A DNA stretch of 64,000 nucleotides from Bdellovibrionales bacterium (GTDB taxonomy: Bacteria; Bdellovibrionota; Bdellovibrionia; Bdellovibrionales; JAUICD01), in NCBI GenBank assembly GCA_965203275.1, contig OZ241865.1, positions 340,581 through 404,580 of the forward strand, in the 5' to 3' direction. A model generated the notes under the pieces. The model was not told the DNA's origin and did not search any database. It saw only the letters and a list, made by a program, of their open reading frames with translations. Positions 38,146 through 47,845 of the stretch are shown here, piece by piece. The position numbers and the translations under genes were made by a program. Every line of letters begins with the position of its first letter. Position 1 is the stretch's first letter.

Positions 38146-39459
38146 TTATTCTTTTGAAGGAGTGTAGGGGCTAATATAAAGGGTTAAATTTTCTATTTTT
38201 TTAACTATCACTTCCTGATCTAATGTGACTTGAGAGTCACTGATGGCATTCCAAATACTTCCACCTAGGGCTACTTTGCATTTTCTATCTGAAATATTAG
38301 AAACCTGTACAACCACCCCTTTATCCATTAACACACTTTCTTGACCATAGTGAAAACCAGGAAGGCTACGTGTTTTTAATGCAATACGCCCTAACAAAAT
38401 CATCAACAAACCAAAGCCTATAGCAACAGGGATCATACTGATCAAAGGAAGTTCATAGCCAAATTTATTTTCATCAAATAAAAAAACACCTCCCATCACA
38501 AAAGACACAATGCCACCTATTCCTAAAGCTCCAAAGCTAGGAACAAAAGCTTCCCCTATCATAAATCCAATGCCAACTAACATAAGCAGTAATCCTGCCC
38601 AAGAAACATCTAACTTATGAAAACTCATTAAAGAGATGACAAGTCCTATAATCCCTGCCACCCCTGGGACAAGAGTTCCTGGATGAGTGATCTCATAATA
38701 TAAAAGCAGTAGACTCCCCATAAATATAAAATAAATAAGAAAAGGCTCTGTGAAAATATCTAAAAGTTTGAAGCGAAAGCCTATATGAAATGGTTTAATG
38801 GATGATGTTTTTACAGATGTGACCTGACCTGATACCATTTGCACCTCTTTCCCTGAAGCTTGCTGTAAAAAGTCTGCCTTTGATATGGCTACAAAATCAA
38901 TAGCCCCCATTTCAAGAGCTTCTTTTGCTCCTACAGATTTGGCTTCTGTGACCATATCTCTGCCAAATTTTTGACTGCGACCACGTTTTTCTATTAAGCC
39001 CTCAATCCAGCTGAGGGTATCATTGATAACCTTTTTTTTCATATCTTCGGGTATATCTTGACCTCCAGCTTGTATGGGAGTTGCAGCTCCTATATTGGTA
39101 GATTCCATTGCCCCTGCTATGTGGCAAGCTTGCATAATAATAGCTCCAGCACTGGCTGCATGAGCTCCTGCAGGATAAATTAAGCAAAGGTAAGGGATAG
39201 GAGAATTGAGAATTTGCTCTACAATCAAACGGGTTGTTTGCATCACTCCACCCGGAGTATTCACTAATAAAAGAATGCTAGAACAAGATTCTGAGATAGC
39301 CTTTTGTTGTCCCCTTTCAATATAATCATAAACAGCTACACCAATGCTACTTTCTATTTTCATCTCTAAGGTGCAATTAGCCTGCACTTGTATGGGGAAA
39401 ATAAACAAATAAAGTCCTATTAAATAAAAAAATATTATTTTAAAACACATTTTGTGCAT
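38146..39459 (-). CDS. NfeD-family membrane-bound ClpP-class serine protease
   Basis: Signal sequence, ClpP-like domain (LLVNTPGGVMQTT...AHAASAGAIIMQACH), about 5 TM helices, and a C-terminal OB-like beta domain (GVVVQV....VALGGSIWNA). Confidence 0.85.
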   Translation of the reverse strand: MHKMCFKIIFFYLIGLYLFIFPIQVQANCTLEMKIESSIGVAVYDYIERGQQKAISESCSSILLLVNTPGGVMQTTRLIVEQILNSPIPYLCLIYPAGAHAASAGAIIMQACHIAGAMESTNIGAATPIQAGGQDIPEDMKKKVINDTLSWIEGLIEKRGRSQKFGRDMVTEAKSVGAKEALEMGAIDFVAISKADFLQQASGKEVQMVSGQVTSVKTSSIKPFHIGFRFKLLDIFTEPFLIYFIFMGSLLLLYYEITHPGTLVPGVAGIIGLVISLMSFHKLDVSWAGLLLMLVGIGFMIGEAFVPSFGALGIGGIVSFVMGGVFLFDENKFGYELPLISMIPVAIGFGLLMILLGRIALKTRSLPGFHYGQESVLMDKGVVVQVSNISDRKCKVALGGSIWNAISDSQVTLDQEVIVKKIENLTLYISPYTPSKE

Positions 39460-39713
39460 TTTATGCTTTCACCTCAATGATCATTTTTATGCGTTTTGCT
39501 TGAATAAATAAAGGTTCTATAAAATATTCATATTTCTTACCTTACCTATATTATCTTATACTTTGAGGAGTAAATAAAATAAAATCTTATTATAAGTATA
39601 AGCAATATTTATTTTCTAACTTTTTGTTTTTGTTTTGAATCTATAAGATATTTTCTCTTAAAGGATACATCGGCTTTATGGATTCTTATTTTGAGACAAA
39701 TATAGAATTGATA

Positions 39714-40994
39714 TTATTCTGTAGCTCCGGCCTCTTGCAATAACCTTGCAATTTCAGTACGGTTATGTCCACTAGATTGACGTCTAGTAGTCCATAATAA
39801 AGCCGTACGGCCATTATTGTCTTGATGATTGACGTTAGCTCCGGCCGCTATCAATAACTTTACAATCTCTACATGGCCTCTATCACTAAAAACATTTCTT
39901 ATCCAGTCTATAGATTCGTTATAATGATCGATTGAAGACACCACTATTGGATACTTTCCTTTCTGTAGGAGTCCATTAACAGCATGCATTAAAGGTGTCT
40001 CCCCATCTGCATTTGCTCGATTGACGTTAGCTCCGGCCGCTATCAATAGCTTTACAATCTCTGTATGGCCCCACTTACTAGCCAGCAATAAAGCTGTCTC
40101 GTCCTTCTTTGAGAAATAACGCACAAATCGACTTCTAATGTTTGGATCGGCTCCAGCCGCTAGCAATAACTTTACAACCTCTGTATAGCCATCCTTACTA
40201 GCCCACATTAAAGCCGTATAGCCACCATAGCCTTGATAATTGACGTTAGCTCCGGCCGCTATCAATAACTTTACAGATTCAATGGTTTCAAGCATGAAGG
40301 GAGTCTTGCCACTAGCATACATTAAAAGTGTATTGTGGGTTTTGTCCACCGGCATATTAACATTCATACAAGTACTTTTTAAAAATAGCTTTAAAATTTC
40401 TGTATTTTTGACAAGGGACTTTCTAAACAAAGAATACCCTTTATAAGAAACCTTGTTATTATGTATAAAACCACCCTCAGAGTCTCCAGCCTCGTCCTCT
40501 TTAGTATACGAAAGACTACCAGGGTCTGCTCCGGCCGCTAGCAAATTCTTTATACCCTCTATATCACCATTAATAACAGCCTGTTTTAAATTTGCACGAC
40601 CATGACGAGGCCTGCAAGTGTATGTTGTTGGAGTTGGTCTTAAAACTACCTGTGGAGCTGGAGTTGGTCCTGGAATCAGAGTTGCCGTTGGTTCTGGAAT
40701 CCGATCTGGAGTTGGTCCTGGAATTGGAGCTGTAGATGGTCCCGGAGTTGGAGATGGTCCGGGAGTCGGAGCTGGAGTTGCCGTTGGTCCTGGAGTCGAA
40801 GTTGTAGATGGTCCTGGAACCGGAACTGGAATCGAAGCTGGCTTTTGTTCTATTTGAGAACTGGACGTCTTACTGTCAAAACGGCTTTTCGCACAGTTGT
40901 TAAAACTGAATACCAAACAAGACAAAATAAGCAATGCTAACGATAAATAAGCAAGCCTTTTTTTAGATTTTAGATTTTTAAACATTTTAAACAT
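39714..40994 (-). CDS. ankyrin-repeat exported protein/lipoprotein; paralogue of 19602-20726
   Basis: Signal anchor ..LALLILSCLVFSFNNC. Pro/Thr-rich linker (PVPVPGPSTTSTPGPTATPAPTPGPSPTPGPS), then ANK units with HTEIVKLLIAAGANVN. The last codons and about 40 nt of 3' flank are near-identical to the other gene. Confidence 0.85.
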   Translation of the reverse strand: MFKMFKNLKSKKRLAYLSLALLILSCLVFSFNNCAKSRFDSKTSSSQIEQKPASIPVPVPGPSTTSTPGPTATPAPTPGPSPTPGPSTAPIPGPTPDRIPEPTATLIPGPTPAPQVVLRPTPTTYTCRPRHGRANLKQAVINGDIEGIKNLLAAGADPGSLSYTKEDEAGDSEGGFIHNNKVSYKGYSLFRKSLVKNTEILKLFLKSTCMNVNMPVDKTHNTLLMYASGKTPFMLETIESVKLLIAAGANVNYQGYGGYTALMWASKDGYTEVVKLLLAAGADPNIRSRFVRYFSKKDETALLLASKWGHTEIVKLLIAAGANVNRANADGETPLMHAVNGLLQKGKYPIVVSSIDHYNESIDWIRNVFSDRGHVEIVKLLIAAGANVNHQDNNGRTALLWTTRRQSSGHNRTEIARLLQEAGATE

Positions 40995-41094
40995 GTTGTA
41001 CCGACCTTAATAAAGATTGATTTATTTATTTATCTAAATACCTTATCGGCAGGTTTTAAAATTTACTTAAAAAAATATAGGGAAATTAACTTAA

Positions 41095-42219
41095 AATGCA
41101 TAGATTTTTGAGACAATGACCATTTTAGTGACCATTTTATTGACAGCGTGAGCCGTTAACGTTTTTCCGGGATCCGGGATCTGGCATCCGGCAACCGGCA
41201 ACCCGGGATCCGGGATCTGGGATCTGGGATCCGGCAACCGGCAACCCGGGATCCGGCAGTCAGGCATCAGGCAACAGATCCCGGAACCCGGAATGCCTGC
41301 TTGCCTGATCCCGGATCCCGGGACCCGGGATCTGGGATCTGGGAACCGGCAACCCGGCATCAAAATGACTTTTTCCTTAACATGTAGTTAAGAGATGAGG
41401 AGATCCTCCTTACTAAAAATAAACGGATTTTTGAGGCAATCAGCCTTTGATCGACGATCCTTTTATTCCTCTACACCATGTTAGGGAAACAAGATATTCG
41501 AGAGCCGTCGGGCTGATTGCCCAAAAACAGCCAGAGGCTGGTTTATTTTTAGTGAAACAACTCCTTAACATTGTGTTTATCCGGAATCTAGGATCCGGGA
41601 TCTGGCAACCGGCAACCCGGCATCAGAAAGAACTCTTTTTCCTTAACATGGTGTCAAAAAACGAAGAGATTCTTCCTACTAAAAATAAACGGATTTTTGA
41701 GGTTGCCAGCATTTAAGAAGGCGAATAGCCTTCGGCTGGCAACCCAAAAGTGACCAGAGGTCAGTTTACTTTTAGTGAAACAAACTCCTTAACATCGTGT
41801 TTTTCCGGGATACGGGATCAGGAAACCGGCAACCCGGCATCAGAAAGAACTCTTTTTCCTTAACATGGTGTCAAAAAACGAAGAGATTCTTCCTACTAAA
41901 AATAAACGGATTTTTGAGGCAATCAGCCTTTGATCGACGACGAAAGTCGTCGGGCTGATTGCCCAAAAACAGCCAGAGGCTGGTTTATTTTTAGTGAAAC
42001 AACTCCTTAACATCGTGTTTTTCCGGGATACGGGATCAGGAAACCGGCAACCCGGCATCAGAAGGAAATCTTTTTCCTTAACATGGTGTCAAAAAACGAA
42101 GAGATCCTCCTCTACTCAAAATAAATGAATTTTCTAGGCAGTTAGCCTTTGATCGACGACGACAGTCGTCGGGCTAACTGCCAGAAAACATGCCAGAGGC
42201 ATGATTTATTTTGAGTGAA
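41095..42219. repeat. intergenic palindromic-repeat mosaic (block H) including the largest GC-rich islet (41166-41360)
   Basis: CCGGGATCCGGGATCTGG / GGCAACCGGCAACCCGGGATCC oligo-repeats, followed by at least four palindromic modules and CTTAACAT modules. Confidence 0.9.
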
Positions 42220-42349
42220 AATAATACAAACTATAAGAAAAATTTATGCATAGAGGATTTTTTATTTTACATACTTCATTTATTATATTATGACTTTTTT
42301 AAAATTAAAAACAGCAATTCAAACATAACAAAAACAGGAGGATTAAAAT

Positions 42350-43738
42350 ATGAGAAAACAACTTAGATGGACTATAACTGATCCAACAAGACCTATGCTT
42401 TATCTATATCCTATAGATAGCGTAAGTCTTTCACCTATGACTATTTTAAATCGTATATCTATTGGTCAAAGTTCAAGCAATCATTTGCAATTACCTTGCT
42501 CTGGTGTGTCAAAATACCATTTGTGCATTGAAAAAAGCGATAAAGGCTTTCTTGCTAGAGATTTAGGGAGTGAGACAGGCACTTACTTAAACGGAACTCA
42601 TATCAATGAAGCCTATTTATCTGAAGGAGATCGCTTAAGGATAGGTCATCAAGAATGGCTGATCTCTTTTATCCATAAAGACAATCACTTCCAAGAAGAA
42701 AATAATACTTATCTTCAATCTCAAAACGAAGTATGGAATAAAAGTCTACAATGCTTATCAAGGTATAGTAAAAAAGACTTACCTATTTTACTTCAAGGAG
42801 AATCAGGTGTAGGCAAGGAAGTCATTGCAAGGCATATCCATGACAAGTCTCCTCGCCGGCATGGTTTATTTGTTGCTGTGAATTGTAGTTCTCTTAAAGA
42901 TTCTTTGATAGAAAGTGAACTTTTTGGCCATATTAAAGGTAGTTTTACAGGAGCTACTTCTAATCGAAAAGGAGCATTTGAAGCAGCTCGCAGGGGAACT
43001 TTGTTTTTAGATGAAATAGGAGATCTTGATATTCATCTTCAACCTAAACTTTTAAGAGCTATTGAAAACAAAGAAATCCGTCCTGTAGGAAGTGATTCTA
43101 CAATTAAAACAGACGTAAGAATCATTGCAGCCACTCATAGAGATCTACCATCATTGATTCTACAGGATAAATTTCGATCTGATCTTTTCTTTAGATTAAA
43201 TGTGATTCAAATAAAGATCCCAGCTCTAAGAGAACGTATGGAAGATTTTGAAAGCATTTTATTCAAATTTGCAAGAGAGATGCAGGTAAAATTCCATCAA
43301 CCTGTGATTCAAAAAATTAAAGGATATCATTGGCCGGGTAATATCAGGGAGTTAAAGAACTTTGTAGCTCGTGCATCTGTTGTATGCAAAGATAAAGTGT
43401 GTGTTACTGATTTACCATATTTGATTAACAGCCCTCTTATACGACCTCCCCTATCATCAAGTTCAACAAGCCTGATAGATAAACTGATCTCTGAACAATT
43501 GTTATCTCTTGACAAATTACAAAATGATTCTATTCTAAGAGAGGTGGAAAAAATCATTATAACAGATGCTCTTATAAAACATAAAGGTCATCAAACTTCC
43601 ACTGCAAAGTTCTTAGGAGTTTCAAGAAGTACACTGCATTCACGTATACAACAACATAGAATTAACATTGATAAAAAAATAGAAGAAATCAAATCAGATA
43701 TGCAAAATGTTCAAAATGAAAACAACATCTTAAAATAA
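42350..43738 (+). CDS. sigma-54-dependent transcriptional activator with an N-terminal FHA domain
   Basis: AGGAGG SD. FHA-like region (IGQSSSNHLQL..SGVSKYHLCI......ARDLGSETGTYLNG). AAA+ motifs LLQGESGVGKEVIARHIH, GSFTGA (GAFTGA variant), GTLFLDEIGDL. C-terminal Fis-type HTH TAKFLGVSRSTLHSRI. Confidence 0.9.
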   Translation: MRKQLRWTITDPTRPMLYLYPIDSVSLSPMTILNRISIGQSSSNHLQLPCSGVSKYHLCIEKSDKGFLARDLGSETGTYLNGTHINEAYLSEGDRLRIGHQEWLISFIHKDNHFQEENNTYLQSQNEVWNKSLQCLSRYSKKDLPILLQGESGVGKEVIARHIHDKSPRRHGLFVAVNCSSLKDSLIESELFGHIKGSFTGATSNRKGAFEAARRGTLFLDEIGDLDIHLQPKLLRAIENKEIRPVGSDSTIKTDVRIIAATHRDLPSLILQDKFRSDLFFRLNVIQIKIPALRERMEDFESILFKFAREMQVKFHQPVIQKIKGYHWPGNIRELKNFVARASVVCKDKVCVTDLPYLINSPLIRPPLSSSSTSLIDKLISEQLLSLDKLQNDSILREVEKIIITDALIKHKGHQTSTAKFLGVSRSTLHSRIQQHRINIDKKIEEIKSDMQNVQNENNILK

Positions 43739-43770
43739 AGCTTTATAATTATTGTTTGCAAAGGGTTATT

Positions 43771-44016
43771 ATGTTGAATATTGGTCTTATGGAATGGATT
43801 TTTTTATTCATAATAGTTCTTCTAGTTATAGGACCTGAGCAACTTCCTCAAATGACACAAATGATATTACGCACAATCAATGAACTCAAAAGAGCTATAA
43901 ATTCCATCAAAATACATGATTTTACAAAAGACTTTAACAAGAATACATCCAGTACAAATACAAAGTCTTCTATTAAAAAAAATCTTCCACCTCATTTCAA
44001 AATAACCAAAGAATAA
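43771..44016 (+). CDS. Sec-independent translocase TatA/TatB family (TatB-like)
   Basis: AAGGG SD before the ATG at 43771; the ORF is open from a TTG at 43756. MLNIGLMEWIFLFIIVLLVIGPEQLPQ is the TM segment plus hinge, followed by an amphipathic helix. Confidence 0.8.
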   Translation: MLNIGLMEWIFLFIIVLLVIGPEQLPQMTQMILRTINELKRAINSIKIHDFTKDFNKNTSSTNTKSSIKKNLPPHFKITKE

Positions 44017-44041
44017 CAACTTAAATTATTTAAGATATGCC

Positions 44042-44782
44042 ATGACTGGACAAAATGATCCTTTAAACTCAACAAGTCAAGATACATTGATTGGTCATTT
44101 AATTCAATTGAGAAAAAGACTGATTTACTCTTTATATGGGATATTCATTGGTTGTTTGCTGTGTTGGCTAGGGAGTGATTTTTTATTTGCTATCATTAGA
44201 ATGCCCATAGAGCCTTTTCTTACCACAGATTCCAAAGGTTTGATCTATACTGGTGTGATGGATAAATTTATGGCCTATATAAAGATTTCTTTTTTAGGAG
44301 GTATTATTTTTACCTGTCCTTATTGGCTTTATCATGTATGGATTTTCATAGCCCCTGGACTTTATCTCAAAGAAAAAACATATACATTTATATTTGTGAT
44401 CTTAGGGAGTCTTCTTTTTTTAACAGGTGTGGCTTTTGTTTACTTTATTGTTTATGATTTGGTATTTTATTTTTTAATGAATTTTGGAGACCCTCAAGAT
44501 GTTCCGCTTATTTCTATAGATAAATATCTTTCCTTTTTCATCACGACCACACTTGTCTTTGGTTTAGCTTTTGAGCTACCACTTATTTTGACTTTTTTAT
44601 CTTTGATGGGCATATTATCTCGAAAAGACCTTATAGAAAAAAGACCTTATGCTATTGTTTTACTAGCTATTTTATCAGCACTGCTCACCCCTCCAGATGT
44701 GATCAGCATGGCTCTTATGATGGGTCCATTGCTTTTACTCTACGAAATATCTATTTTTGCAGTAGGAGTTATCTCAAAATGA
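44042..44782 (+). CDS. tatC: Sec-independent translocase TatC
   Basis: 246 aa, six TM segments. H..ELRKRL-like LIGHLIQLRKRLIYSL near the N-terminus, and LTPPDV near the C-terminus. Confidence 0.9.
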   Translation: MTGQNDPLNSTSQDTLIGHLIQLRKRLIYSLYGIFIGCLLCWLGSDFLFAIIRMPIEPFLTTDSKGLIYTGVMDKFMAYIKISFLGGIIFTCPYWLYHVWIFIAPGLYLKEKTYTFIFVILGSLLFLTGVAFVYFIVYDLVFYFLMNFGDPQDVPLISIDKYLSFFITTTLVFGLAFELPLILTFLSLMGILSRKDLIEKRPYAIVLLAILSALLTPPDVISMALMMGPLLLLYEISIFAVGVISK

Positions 44783-44874
44783 ACAACACTATTCTTTTTA
44801 AAATATTTAAGTGGTTGTTGGCTATCCTTTTAGGCAGTCTCCTTTTAGCAAGCTTCTATAAAAGTATACTCTGA
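44779..44874 (+). CDS. 31-codon hydrophobic mini-ORF overlapping the tatC stop (ATGA)
   Basis: MNNTILFKIFKWLLAILLGSLLLASFYKSIL*: a single TM-like segment with ATGA start/stop coupling to tatC. Below the ORF-track size cut-off and speculative. Confidence 0.3.
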   Translation: MNNTILFKIFKWLLAILLGSLLLASFYKSIL

Positions 44875-45076
44875 TCTTTTACTATGAAAATAAATAGCTT
44901 GAGATTATTGTTATAATTATTTAAAATAATTGTATTTTTTAACTTTAAGCAATATTTATTTTTTACATATTTGTATTTATAGTTGATCTAATATCAAGGT
45001 ATAAAATAATTATTATAAGAAAAGTTTTTTGACAATATGTTTAAAATATGTCAGTTTAAAATACGTTATTATAAAA

Positions 45077-47773
45077 ATGAAAAATAATAACGACAAAGAA
45101 AAAGTGAGAAGTCTCGTGCCGGTAAAATCATCCCACAAAAAACTTGTCATTGTAGAGTCTCCCACAAAGGCTCGCACTATACGTAAGTTTTTAGGACAAA
45201 ACTTTGATGTGATCTCTTGTATGGGACATGTCAGAGACCTTCCTAGCAGTGCTAAAGATATTCCAGAAAAATACAGAAAAGAATCTTGGTCTAAACTAGG
45301 TGTTAATGTGGATAGAGATTTTTCACCTCTTTATTGTGTTCCTCCAAAAAAGAAAAAAACTATTACAGAGCTTAAACAAAAGCTCAAAAATGCTTCTGAG
45401 CTTTATTTAGCAACAGATGAAGATAGAGAAGGTGAAAGTATCTCATGGCATCTTTTAGAAATTTTAAAACCTAAGGTGCCTGTTAAAAGGATGGTTTTCC
45501 ACGAAATCACTCGCAAAGCTATTTTAGAATCTTTAGAAAGTACTAGACAAATTAACGAAGATTTAGTCAGAGCCCAAGAGGCTCGTCGCATATTAGATCG
45601 CTTAGTTGGCTACACCATTTCACCCCTTTTATGGAAAAAAATTGCTTATGGTTTATCTGCTGGTAGGGTGCAATCAGTTGTTGTGCAAATTCTCACAGAA
45701 AGAGAACTTGAAAGAATGAAATTTATTTCCGCAGATTATTGGAACTTGCTTGCTGAGCTTTCACCTCAATCTTCTCAGACTCAAGAGACACCACTTCCTG
45801 AAAAGCAAACATTTCAGGCTAAACTGCTCAGTCTTGACAATAAAAAAATAGCCAAAGGTCAAGACTTTGATCCAGAGACAGGGAAGCTTTTTAAAAATAA
45901 ACAAGTAGACACACTATGGCTCTCAAAAGAAAAAGCTGAGAAATTAAGACAAGAAATCCAATCTGCTACTTGGAAAGTGATAGAAGTTAATAAAAAAACA
46001 CTTTATCGAAAGCCCCCTTCTCCATTTATTACTTCTACTTTGCAACAAGATGCCAGTCGTCGTTTCAGATGGGGAGCTACCCATGTTATGAGAGTAGCTC
46101 AGGCTCTTTATGAACAAGGGCATATCACTTATATGAGGACAGATAGCACTTTTATTTCTAGTCAAGCTATTAACACTGTCAGACAGTCTATACAAAAACT
46201 TTATGGTAAAGAGTATTTACCAGATCGGCCTAGAAGTTATGCCTCAAAAAAAGTCAAAGGGGCTCAAGAAGCCCACGAAGCTATTCGCCCTTCCGGCACA
46301 GACTTTCAACATCCCAGTCAAATGAAACTTGAAAAAGACCAATTAAAACTTTACGATTTGATATGGAGACGAACCATAGCCTCTCAAATGACTGACTCAA
46401 AACAAAGACAAGTTAGTTTCAGGATTCAAGCTCATCAAGCTATTTTTTCAGTATCAGGTACAACTATTGAATTTCTTGGCTTTTTAAAAGCTTATGAGGA
46501 GGGCCGAGATGAAGCTAAAGATGAAGAAAACATTATCTTACCTGATCTCCAAGAAGGGGATCTTTTGACCTGCCATAAAATAGAGTCTACTTTGCATAAG
46601 ACCAAACCTGCTGCTAGATACACAGAAGCTAGTATTATTCAAACTATGGAGAAAAGAGGCATTGGCCGTCCTTCTACGTATGCACCCACCATCTCTACCA
46701 TCACGCAGAGGGGATATGTGATCAAGCAAAACTCTGTTTTGATCCCGACCTTTACAGCATTGGTTGTCTCACAATTACTTAAAAGTCATTTACCGGATTA
46801 TGTAGAATCAGAATTTACTTCTGAGATGGAAGAATCTTTAGATAATATTGCAGAGGGCCGGTTAGATTGGGTGAAATATTTAAAAGGCATTTATTTTGGA
46901 GATGCTGGACTGAAAGATCTCGTCAAGAAGCAAGAAGAAGAAATTGACCCAAATGAAGCACGATCGCTTAATGGCATTGAAGAGTTTAAACAAAAAGACT
47001 TAGATCAATTTGAATTTCGAGTGGGTAAATATGGAGCCTATGTGTGTAAGGAAGGCACAGAAGGCAAAGTCTGTGCTTCTATTCCAGATGTGCAACCTCC
47101 CGCAGAAGTCGATGCAGAGTGGATCAATAAACTCATAGAGAAAAAGCTAACAGGAGCAGATGCCTTTGGCAAAGACCCTCAAACTGGCCAACCTATTTAT
47201 TTATTAGAAGGTAGGTATGGACCTTACATTCAGTTGGGGGAATTAGGAGATGCCTTAGGACTTAGTAAAACTTCTATTAAAAGAGCTTCTATTCCTAAGC
47301 ATCTATCCTCTGAAGATCTCACCCTAGAGCAAGCTCTTTTTTTATTATCTCTCCCTAAAACTCTAGGCCATCATCCTCAAGATAAAAAACCCATCAAAGT
47401 AGGGAATGGACAATTTGGTCCTTATATAGTGCATGAAAAAGATTACAGATCTATACCTAAAGAAGACAATCTTTTTAGTATTGATTTGAAAAGAGCTTTA
47501 GAGTTACTTGCTCAGGAAAAAAGAGGCCGAGGGCGAAAAGCTCAAACACCTTTAAAAGAATTAGGCCGCCATGAAGAAAAACCTCTGGCTATTTATGAGG
47601 GTCGGTATGGTCCTTATATCAAGTGGGACAAAAAAAACTATGCCCTGCCAAAAGATGTACCACTTGAAAAAGTCAACTTAAAGAAAGCTATTGAAATTAT
47701 AGACAATAAAATAAAAGAAGACCCTAAATTCAAAAGTAAAAAAAGTTATAAGAAAAAAGCAAGTAAAAAGTAA
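45077..47773 (+). CDS. topA: DNA topoisomerase I
   Basis: Toprim LVIVESPTKARTIRKFLG, ATDEDREGE, active-site region GHITYMRTDS. The C-terminal repeats G(R/K)YGPYI x4 are the Zn-less Topo C-repeat type. The ORF is open from a TTG at 45029. Confidence 0.95.
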   Translation: MKNNNDKEKVRSLVPVKSSHKKLVIVESPTKARTIRKFLGQNFDVISCMGHVRDLPSSAKDIPEKYRKESWSKLGVNVDRDFSPLYCVPPKKKKTITELKQKLKNASELYLATDEDREGESISWHLLEILKPKVPVKRMVFHEITRKAILESLESTRQINEDLVRAQEARRILDRLVGYTISPLLWKKIAYGLSAGRVQSVVVQILTERELERMKFISADYWNLLAELSPQSSQTQETPLPEKQTFQAKLLSLDNKKIAKGQDFDPETGKLFKNKQVDTLWLSKEKAEKLRQEIQSATWKVIEVNKKTLYRKPPSPFITSTLQQDASRRFRWGATHVMRVAQALYEQGHITYMRTDSTFISSQAINTVRQSIQKLYGKEYLPDRPRSYASKKVKGAQEAHEAIRPSGTDFQHPSQMKLEKDQLKLYDLIWRRTIASQMTDSKQRQVSFRIQAHQAIFSVSGTTIEFLGFLKAYEEGRDEAKDEENIILPDLQEGDLLTCHKIESTLHKTKPAARYTEASIIQTMEKRGIGRPSTYAPTISTITQRGYVIKQNSVLIPTFTALVVSQLLKSHLPDYVESEFTSEMEESLDNIAEGRLDWVKYLKGIYFGDAGLKDLVKKQEEEIDPNEARSLNGIEEFKQKDLDQFEFRVGKYGAYVCKEGTEGKVCASIPDVQPPAEVDAEWINKLIEKKLTGADAFGKDPQTGQPIYLLEGRYGPYIQLGELGDALGLSKTSIKRASIPKHLSSEDLTLEQALFLLSLPKTLGHHPQDKKPIKVGNGQFGPYIVHEKDYRSIPKEDNLFSIDLKRALELLAQEKRGRGRKAQTPLKELGRHEEKPLAIYEGRYGPYIKWDKKNYALPKDVPLEKVNLKKAIEIIDNKIKEDPKFKSKKSYKKKASKK

Positions 47774-47845
47774 AATATGTGTTATAATAAATAAATAGGC
47801 TACTTTTGTAGGCAACAGCATAATTATTGTATCGGAGATAATCAA

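Noticed and set aside
40618-40857. 79-aa Gly/Val-rich plus-strand ORF.
   Set aside because: It is antisense to the Pro/Thr-rich linker of the ANK protein 39714-40994, a mirror-image low-complexity frame.
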